From NCBI RefSeq assembly GCF_000253055.1, contig NC_016070.1, positions 1,230,001 through 1,262,000 on the forward strand: a stretch of 32,000 nucleotides of DNA. Direction: 5' to 3'. This DNA comes from Thermoproteus tenax Kra 1. Its GTDB lineage: Archaea; Thermoproteota; Thermoprotei; Thermoproteales; Thermoproteaceae. Numbering within the stretch: the stretch's first letter is position 1; every line of letters starts with the position of its first letter. The notes under the pieces were generated by a model, which ran no database searches, had not been told where the DNA came from, and saw only the letters and a list, made by a program, of their open reading frames with translations. Positions 24,116-30,654 of the stretch are shown here, one piece after another. The translations under genes were made by a program, and so were the position numbers.

Positions 24116-24703
24116 GTGCGCGTCCCCTACGCCGGAGAGACTATAGAGGTGCCCCAGGGAGTTACGGCTAAGGTAGAGAAGATAGGCGACTTCGACTACA
24201 AAATATCTGTGAAGGGGCCGTTGGGCGCCCTCGAGAAGGTCTACCGCAATATACCTGTCTCAATTACGGCGGCCGAGAACAAAATAATACTGGAGGTCCA
24301 CGGAGCTAGGAAGAGGGAGTACGCAATAATGGGGGCTATAAAGGGGGAATTGAAAAATATGTTCCTAGGGGTTACTAGAGGGTGGCGCTACAAGCTGAAG
24401 ATAATATATACGCACTTCCCCATGCTCGTCAAAATACAGGGTAGCCAGATAAGCATTGAGAATTTCCTCGGAAGAAAGTCCAAGGTGGTCCTGGAGATCC
24501 CGAAGGGCGTGAAGGTTCAGCTACAGGGCAAGGAGGACATAGTAGTTGAGGGAGTTGACAAGGAGCTCGTGGGCCAGTTCGCAGCCAACCTCCAGAGGGC
24601 CGTCGAGCTTCATGGAGATGAAAAGCCTGCGCCCCACGGCCGCGAGGGCGGCCTCGGCGTAGTCGACGGTATTTACGTATATGGAGTCGAACACATCAAA
24701 TGA
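24116..24703 (+). CDS. rpl6p: 50S ribosomal protein L6 (uL6)
   Basis: IEVPQGVTAKVEKIG...ISVKGPLGALEKVY...GVTRGWRYKLKIIYTHFPMLVKIQG..ISIENFLG is typical of archaeal uL6. CTTTAAAAG at 24087-24095 lies about 25 nt upstream of GTG 24116. Confidence 0.9.
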   Translation: MRVPYAGETIEVPQGVTAKVEKIGDFDYKISVKGPLGALEKVYRNIPVSITAAENKIILEVHGARKREYAIMGAIKGELKNMFLGVTRGWRYKLKIIYTHFPMLVKIQGSQISIENFLGRKSKVVLEIPKGVKVQLQGKEDIVVEGVDKELVGQFAANLQRAVELHGDEKPAPHGREGGLGVVDGIYVYGVEHIK

Positions 24704-25121
24704 GCTCGAGCTCATTCTGAGGAAGAAGGCAGCTGAGCTTCTGGCCAGAAGGGGAAGGGGGGACTGTTGTACAACGCGGTACCCTGTGGCCTACGAGGTG
24801 CAGAGCCTAGAGGAGCTCAACAGAGCCGTGAAAAGCTGTAGGATCTCGTTCGTTATGTTCTTCGGCAGAGTGTGTCCATACTGTAGGGCCTTCGATCCTA
24901 TATTTAGACACGTGGGATCTAAATACCAAGAAGTGGCTAACTTCGTCAAGGCTGAAGTAGAGCGGTTCGCCTTCACGGCCGCCGCCTTGGGCATAATGGG
25001 GACTCCTACGACATTCGCCTTCGTCGACGGAGCGCCAGCAGACGCCCTGCCCGGCTTCGCGATAGCGCCTGTGTTTGAGGAGTTCGTACAACGCCATCTA
25101 CAGAGGGCCCGCTGTGCCTAA
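24681..25121 (+). CDS. Thioredoxin-fold protein with a CPYC active site
   Basis: FVMFFGRVCPYCRAFDPIF is present, along with a cis-Pro-like GTPTTFAF. ATG 24681 overlaps the rpl6p 3' end by 23 nt, and no closer in-frame alternative start exists. Confidence 0.7.
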   Translation: MESNTSNELELILRKKAAELLARRGRGDCCTTRYPVAYEVQSLEELNRAVKSCRISFVMFFGRVCPYCRAFDPIFRHVGSKYQEVANFVKAEVERFAFTAAALGIMGTPTTFAFVDGAPADALPGFAIAPVFEEFVQRHLQRARCA

Positions 25122-25151
25122 ACTGTTTTAAAGGGGAATCTTGCCCTCAAT

Positions 25152-26501
25152 ATGGCGAGGATAGTGATTGTGGGAGGAGGCGCTGCAGGGGCCTCCGCCG
25201 CAGCTAGGGCGAGGAGGCTCGATCCCAACGCCGAGATAACTATGATCGAGGCAGGAGGCATGATAACTCATGCCCCATGTGGAATCCCCTACGCGGTGAG
25301 CGGCGTCGTCGCCGACTATAGGAGCCTCATGACCTATACGCCAGAAGAGTTCGAGAAAGAGAGGAACATCAGAGTGCTAACGCACACCAAAGCTGTGGAT
25401 GTAGATGTAGACAAACGCACTATCACAATATCTAGGGGAGGGAGGGAGGAGGCGCTACAATGGGACAAGCTAGTTATCGCCACTGGCGCACGTCCGCTGG
25501 TTCCCAAGATACCCGGCGTTGAGCTCTCCGGAGTGTTGACCGTGCGCCTACCTGATGATGTGCCGCATCTTAGGGCGGAGTTAGACAAAGCCACCACAGT
25601 GGGCATTATAGGAGGCGGATATATAGGAGTGGAGATGGCCGAGGCCGCGTTGAGATTGGGGAAAAAGGTGGTGCTCTTCGAGATGATGGACAGACTGCTC
25701 CCCGCGGCGCTTGACTCAGATATGTCTGCCGTATTGGCCGAAGAGATGAGGAAATACGGCGTGGATCTGCATCTAGGAGAGAGGGTAGTTGAACTAAAGG
25801 GGTCCGGAGGGGTCGTCTCGGCGGTCCTCACCGAGAGAGGCGAGTATAGAGTCGATAAAGTCATCCTAGCCGTCGGCGTTAGGCCCGACGTCGAGCTTGC
25901 AACTAAGGCAGGTGTGAAATTGGGTGAGACCGGCGCTGTAAACGTCAACGAGTACATGGAGACCTCTGTGCCCGACGTCTACGCCGCAGGTGATGTGGCC
26001 GAGAAGGTGCACAGACTGACTGGGAGGAGGGTCTGGATACCGTTGGCACCCTCGGCCAACAAGGAGGGGCAAGTGGCCGGGGGAAACGCGGCCAAGGGGC
26101 GCGTGTTGAAGTTCCCAGGGATAGTCGGCACAGCCGCGACTAAATTCTTCGACTTGTATATAGCGAGGACGGGCCTCAGCGAGTTTGAGGCGCAACAGTT
26201 GGGCATAAAGTATGAAAAGGCTGTTATAAAGGCCAGGACCAAGGCACAGTACTACCCTGGCTACGCCCAAGTCCACGTGAAGATGTTAGCCGAGCAAGGC
26301 ACCGGCAGAATCCTCGGCGTGCAGGTCCTCGGATGGGACCACGCAGTGGTCTCCTATGCGGATATATCAGCGATCGCGATCGAGAGAGGGGCCACTATAG
26401 AAGATATGTTCTTCGCCGATATAAGTTACATGCCCGCCACGGCCCCCGTGTGGCATCCGCTGATAGTAGCGGCGAGAGTTTTATCAAGAGGCAAACTATA
26501 G
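25152..26501 (+). CDS. FAD-dependent pyridine nucleotide-disulfide oxidoreductase, NADH oxidase / CoA-disulfide reductase family
   Basis: RIVIVGGGAAGASAAARARR is the FAD GxGxxG motif. There is a single redox Cys in ITHAPCGIPY. GIIGGGYIGVEMAE is the NAD(P) site, and YAAGDVA is also present. TTTTAAAGG at 25125-25133 lies about 25 nt upstream. Confidence 0.85.
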   Translation: MARIVIVGGGAAGASAAARARRLDPNAEITMIEAGGMITHAPCGIPYAVSGVVADYRSLMTYTPEEFEKERNIRVLTHTKAVDVDVDKRTITISRGGREEALQWDKLVIATGARPLVPKIPGVELSGVLTVRLPDDVPHLRAELDKATTVGIIGGGYIGVEMAEAALRLGKKVVLFEMMDRLLPAALDSDMSAVLAEEMRKYGVDLHLGERVVELKGSGGVVSAVLTERGEYRVDKVILAVGVRPDVELATKAGVKLGETGAVNVNEYMETSVPDVYAAGDVAEKVHRLTGRRVWIPLAPSANKEGQVAGGNAAKGRVLKFPGIVGTAATKFFDLYIARTGLSEFEAQQLGIKYEKAVIKARTKAQYYPGYAQVHVKMLAEQGTGRILGVQVLGWDHAVVSYADISAIAIERGATIEDMFFADISYMPATAPVWHPLIVAARVLSRGKL

Positions 26502-26552
26502 AGCCATTTATAGTCGTGATTCAATGTTATTAACTTCCTTTTTCGATGAGAT

Positions 26553-27479
26553 ATGATAACGGTCGTCGGAAGCGGCAGAGTCGGCGCAACTACCGCTGCG
26601 ATGCTCGGAGTTCTCGGCGTAGATAACAAAATCGTGTTGATAGATATAATAAAAGGGCTCCCCCAGGGCGAGGCGCTCGACTTGAACCACATGTCCTCCA
26701 TCTTGGGACTGGACGTCTATTACACTGGCTCCAACGACTACGCCGATATGAAGGGGAGCGACTTGGTCATAGTTACGGCGGGTCTTGCGAGGAAGCCCGG
26801 GATGACTAGGGAGCAGTTGCTTGAGCAGAACGCCCAGATAGTGGCCAACATAGGGAAAGAGATAGCCAAGTATGCCCCAGACTCGGTGGTCATATTGACC
26901 ACAAATCCGCTGGACGCCATGACATATGTGATGTGGAGGGCGACTGGATTTTCAAGAGAGAGAGTGGTTGGATTCAGCGGAGTCTTGGACGGAGGCAGAC
27001 TCGCCTTTTATGCGGGGCAGAAGTTAGGGATATCGCCGGCATCGATAATACCGATAGTGTTAGGGCAACATGGGGAGAGCATGTTCCCTGTGCCCAGCAA
27101 GAGCTTTGTATTCGGCGTGCCGTTGGATAAACTGCTGAAGCCGGAGGAGATAAAGGAGGCGGTGGAGGAGACCGTCAAGGCGGGCGCCAGAATCACGGAG
27201 CTGAGGGGCTTCTCCTCCAACTGGGCGCCCGGCGCCGGCGTGGCCATAATGGCCAAGGCAGTTAAACGGGATGAGAGGAGGGCGCTTATAGCGTCCGTGG
27301 TCCTCGACGGCGAGTACGGCGTGAGGGGCATACCTGTTGAAGTTCCCGTGGTCCTAGGGAGAGGCGGCGCCATAAAGGTCTTGGAAGTCGAGTTGTCGCC
27401 TGAGGAGAAACAAAGGTTCCAGCAAAGCGTGGAAGCGATTAGTAAACTATTAAACTCTCTTCCAGCCCAATATAAGTGA
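26553..27479 (+). CDS. mdh: Malate dehydrogenase (LDH-like MDH family)
   Basis: MITVVGSGRVGATTA is the dinucleotide fold. VVTAGLARKPGMTREQLL contains the substrate-Arg loop region. TTNPLD and GQHGESMFP are also present. Confidence 0.85.
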   Translation: MITVVGSGRVGATTAAMLGVLGVDNKIVLIDIIKGLPQGEALDLNHMSSILGLDVYYTGSNDYADMKGSDLVIVTAGLARKPGMTREQLLEQNAQIVANIGKEIAKYAPDSVVILTTNPLDAMTYVMWRATGFSRERVVGFSGVLDGGRLAFYAGQKLGISPASIIPIVLGQHGESMFPVPSKSFVFGVPLDKLLKPEEIKEAVEETVKAGARITELRGFSSNWAPGAGVAIMAKAVKRDERRALIASVVLDGEYGVRGIPVEVPVVLGRGGAIKVLEVELSPEEKQRFQQSVEAISKLLNSLPAQYK

Positions 27480-27886
27480 GTCAAGAGGTACTGGCCGAGG
27501 TTCAAGGCCCTCTGGTTTTCAGAATAATATACGATAGAGAGCTAGACTATTTGTACTGCCATATTCCTATTGATAAAAGGATTACTAGAAACGTTGTACG
27601 CGAAATATCCAATATAACCCATGATCCATGGAGATATGTAGAGGGCTTGGGCCTTGTGCTAGATCTGTCTGCCTGGGCTTCGGAGAACGGCGTCGATCCC
27701 CGAGCTCTGGGCAAGATGTATGAAGCCAAATACCGAGAGATCTTAGATTCTGTAAAGAAGATATTAGATGAAGCCAAAGAGACAGCCGGGGAGAGAAAGC
27801 GTAAGAAAAAGAGGACTAAGAGGAAGAGCAAAAGAAAAAAGAGCAAGAAGAGTAGTGGAAAGAAGAATCGAAAAAGTAAAAAATGA
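27476..27886 (+). CDS. Hypothetical protein with a globular N-domain and a 30-residue Lys/Arg/Ser tail
   Basis: 136-aa ORF whose GTG 27476 overlaps the mdh TGA (GTGA). The tail is ERKRKKKRTKRKSKRKKSKKSSGKKNRKSKK. An alternative start is TTG 27551, preceded by AATAATATA about 24 nt upstream. GC looks visibly lower than the neighbours. I recognise no family. Confidence 0.5.
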   Translation: MSQEVLAEVQGPLVFRIIYDRELDYLYCHIPIDKRITRNVVREISNITHDPWRYVEGLGLVLDLSAWASENGVDPRALGKMYEAKYREILDSVKKILDEAKETAGERKRKKKRTKRKSKRKKSKKSSGKKNRKSKK

Positions 27887-27905
27887 CACACGGCCGTAGG
27901 ATTAC

Positions 27906-28643
27906 ATGGCCGACGCAACACCCATAGGTCCTGCTCCTGCCGAGGTTCCTCATATTGAGGTGGACGAGGAGACAAAGGAGATCATCAAGGAGACTCTCTC
28001 GCAGATGGACTCAGTTGTAGAGCTACACTATTTCCGAGGGCAACACTGCCAGAGCAGAGACACCAACTGGTGTGTCCCCACTGAGGAGTTCTTGGACTTG
28101 TTAAGCCAGTTGGCTCCTGCGGGCAAGCTGGTGGTGCACAAATACGACGAAGAGAAAGACAAGGACGCCTTCGCCAAATTCGGAGTAGAACCGACCAGAG
28201 TTCCCGCGATCTATTTCGGCGATGGATTCATTAGATATTGGGGCGCTCCGATGGGCGAGGAGGTCAGAGCGTTCATTGAGACCGTGGTGAGACTCTCCAC
28301 TGGCCGCAGCGGGCTGAGGGCTAGGACTAAGAACGAGCTCGCCGCCCTCGCCGAGAAGGCCCAGAAGAGAGTTTACGTCATGACTGTAGTGACGCCGTCT
28401 TGTCCCTACTGTCCCTACGCGGTGCTCCTCGCCAATATGTTCGCCTACGAAAGCAAGGGGAAGGTCGTATCGGTAATGGTCGAGGCCTATGAGAACCCGG
28501 ACATAGCGGATCAGTACGGCGTAACAGGAGTGCCCGCCGTGATTCTAATGAGGGAGGGCGATCCGATGGGCAATATGGAGTTTGTGGGCGTTCCGCCTGA
28601 GCACGAGCTGTTGGCCCGCGTCAAGGAATACGCTGGCCTTTAA
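27906..28643 (+). CDS. Protein disulfide oxidoreductase (PDO, two-thioredoxin-fold glutaredoxin-like protein)
   Basis: The length and the C-terminal unit VVTPSCPYCPYAV...GVTGVPAVIL are typical of archaeal PDO. The N-terminal unit has HCQSRDTNWC instead of a CxxC motif. An A-rich TATA-like sequence at about 27872-27883 lies upstream of ATG 27906. Confidence 0.8.
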   Translation: MADATPIGPAPAEVPHIEVDEETKEIIKETLSQMDSVVELHYFRGQHCQSRDTNWCVPTEEFLDLLSQLAPAGKLVVHKYDEEKDKDAFAKFGVEPTRVPAIYFGDGFIRYWGAPMGEEVRAFIETVVRLSTGRSGLRARTKNELAALAEKAQKRVYVMTVVTPSCPYCPYAVLLANMFAYESKGKVVSVMVEAYENPDIADQYGVTGVPAVILMREGDPMGNMEFVGVPPEHELLARVKEYAGL

Positions 28644-29197
28644 TGAGGATCTACTTCGCCACCTCCAACAGGCACAAAGTATTGGAGGCCAGCTCCGTGT
28701 TGAAAAGATACTCCATAGAGGTGGAACAGATAATGGTAAAAAAGCTAGAGGTCCAAGCCGACGACGTTGAGGAGATAGCGAGGACTGCCGCCGAGGATCT
28801 CTGTGCGCGCAGGATGGACATGACAGTCGTTGAGGACGACGGTCTCTATATAAAGGCTTTGGAGGGCTTCCCAGGTCCGTATTCCGAGTACGTCTACAGG
28901 ACTCTGGGGCTCCGGCGGGTGCTCAAGTTGCTTGAGGGCGTTGGAGATCGCTCGGCGTTTTTCAAAGCGGCGGTCGGTTTGTGCAACAACGGTGTGCCGC
29001 ACGTCTTCGTAGGAGTTGTCGATGGCGAAATAGCCTTAGAGCCCAGAGGATTGGGCGGCTTTGGCTATGATCCCATCTTTATTCCAAAGGGGTATAGCCT
29101 CACTTTCGCAGAGTTGAGCATAGAGGAGAAGTCCAAGATCTCTCACCGGGCGCGCGCATTCCAGGCTCTGGCTGAGTGGCTCTTGGCGCATAACTGA
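28643..29197 (+). CDS. Non-canonical purine NTP pyrophosphatase (ITPase, HAM1/RdgB family)
   Basis: MRIYFATSNRHKVLEA, EDDGLYI..LEGFPGPYS, GFGYDPIF.P and ...EKSKISHRARA are HAM1-family motifs. The ATG overlaps the PDO TAA by 1 nt. Confidence 0.85.
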   Translation: MRIYFATSNRHKVLEASSVLKRYSIEVEQIMVKKLEVQADDVEEIARTAAEDLCARRMDMTVVEDDGLYIKALEGFPGPYSEYVYRTLGLRRVLKLLEGVGDRSAFFKAAVGLCNNGVPHVFVGVVDGEIALEPRGLGGFGYDPIFIPKGYSLTFAELSIEEKSKISHRARAFQALAEWLLAHN

Positions 29198-29222
29198 TTT
29201 ATATTTGAGGCTTACATTTTCC

Positions 29223-30053
29223 GTGGATATATTGAGCACCCCGCTCTCGGAGGTTGCTACTAAAAACGTAGTGACAATAGGGGAGAAGGAGAGGGTGATA
29301 GATGCGTTGCGAAAGATGGTGGAGCTAGATATAAGGCGGTTGCCGATTGTCAAGAACAAGACATTGGTGGGCATCATCACGGCCCTCGATATACTTGATG
29401 CCATATACTCCATCGTTGAATCGGGCGAGGGGTCGCTCTACGCAGACATATACATGAGACCCGCCGTGGAGTTCGCCACAAGGAACGTAGTGACTGCGAG
29501 ACCTGATATGACTGTGGGCGATGCCATCTCGTTGTTCCTCAAACACAACTTCGGCTCAATGCCCATTGTAGATGAGGAGGGCAACTTGGTGGGCATATTC
29601 ACCGAGTGGGACGCCATGAAGATAGTTGCCAACGCTGGATTTCCCCACAAGGTCAGAGATGTTATGACCAGAATAGTCTACGTCCTCACGAGATATTCCA
29701 CCGTTATGGACGCCTTGGAGGGGATAACTGTATACAGATTCAGAAGATACCCAATAGTGGACGAGAAGGGGAAGGTCTTTGCCATGCTTCACGCCAAGGA
29801 CGTCCTACGTTATTTCGCCGAGGAGGCCACAGTCAATAGGGCCAAAGAGGGAGAGGTCAATGAGATAGTCAACGAGTACGCAGTCAATATAGCGAAGTCG
29901 CCCATATTCCTGGCCACGCCAGACGACTACGTTACAGACGTGGTGAGAAAGATGCTGGAGTACGACGTAGGGGGAGTGCCAGTAGTGGACAAGGACAGTG
30001 GAAACGTGGTAGGCATGGTCACTGAGAAGACGCTCCTCCTTCTCTTTGCTTGA
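29223..30053 (+). CDS. CBS-domain protein (four tandem CBS motifs)
   Basis: Repeated patterns V..VM...VVT......V.DA...M......RLPIVD..G.LVGI.T..D are present (for example RRLPIVKNKTLVGIIT, GSMPIVDEEGNLVGIFT, RRYPIVDEKGKVFAMLH, GGVPVVDKDSGNVVGMVT). The track start is TTG 29205. GTG 29223 is preferred because TTTATATTT at 29198-29206 lies about 21 nt upstream. Confidence 0.8.
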   Translation: MDILSTPLSEVATKNVVTIGEKERVIDALRKMVELDIRRLPIVKNKTLVGIITALDILDAIYSIVESGEGSLYADIYMRPAVEFATRNVVTARPDMTVGDAISLFLKHNFGSMPIVDEEGNLVGIFTEWDAMKIVANAGFPHKVRDVMTRIVYVLTRYSTVMDALEGITVYRFRRYPIVDEKGKVFAMLHAKDVLRYFAEEATVNRAKEGEVNEIVNEYAVNIAKSPIFLATPDDYVTDVVRKMLEYDVGGVPVVDKDSGNVVGMVTEKTLLLLFA

Positions 30054-30573
30054 TAATCATAGCCAAGATAAGCCCGGCGATAGTTACGCTTAAGGCGATA
30101 GTTGCCGATCCCAATGCCACAACTAGGGGACCGTAGGGCCCGACGTTGGCCGACAGCGAGCTTTGCGAAAGAGAGCAGCTCAGCCTCAATACGTTGAACT
30201 CGAGCACTCTGACGAGACCCTCGGCTTGTTGAGAGGTGGGCTGTTGATCGCAGTACAGAGAATAGCCCGGCGATGCGGCGTAAACTACAATGATGCGGTG
30301 GTTCTCGGGACATTGTATTAGGAAGGACGTCGGCTGTTGGCTCAGAGAACACGCAGAGAAGGGGTAGCTCAGTCCCACCACTGCCCTGGAGGGAGACGAC
30401 GACGGTATATTAATCCAAGTATAAGTAGAGTTGGGTATAGAATATCTCGTCTCGTTTATCTGGATATAGCCGGGGCCGAATGTGACCGTCGCGGTCTTAT
30501 TTGGGCCTGTCTGTAACAGAGTTTGGGCGCTTACCAGCGCAACAACGGCGATCAACGCCACGAACAGACGCAT
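30019..30573 (-). CDS. Secreted, C-terminally membrane-anchored protein (hypothetical, probable glycoprotein)
   Basis: It has a signal peptide MRLFVALIAVVALVSAQ, several N-x-S/T sequons (NKT, NET, NST), four Cys, and a C-terminal TM helix LVVALGSATIALSVTIAGLILAMII followed by KQRE. A minus-strand GAAATATTAAGG is centred about 25 nt upstream of ATG 30573. Confidence 0.6.
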   Translation of the reverse strand: MRLFVALIAVVALVSAQTLLQTGPNKTATVTFGPGYIQINETRYSIPNSTYTWINIPSSSPSRAVVGLSYPFSACSLSQQPTSFLIQCPENHRIIVVYAASPGYSLYCDQQPTSQQAEGLVRVLEFNVLRLSCSLSQSSLSANVGPYGPLVVALGSATIALSVTIAGLILAMIIKQREGGASSQ

Positions 30574-30654
30574 GGAAGGGATGCAGATGGCCTTAATATT
30601 TCTTTTCGAGCGTATTATCTCAAAATGTTTTTATTTAGTACTGGCTCCGATGGC

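Noticed and set aside
25552-25558. A C-box-like CTGATGA (and a TTGATGA at about 17250) as possible C/D-box sRNA genes
   Set aside because: Both lie inside coding sequence. I found no CTGA D box at the expected distance of about 45-60 nt and no terminal pairing. By-eye scanning for sRNAs is unreliable, so no call is made.
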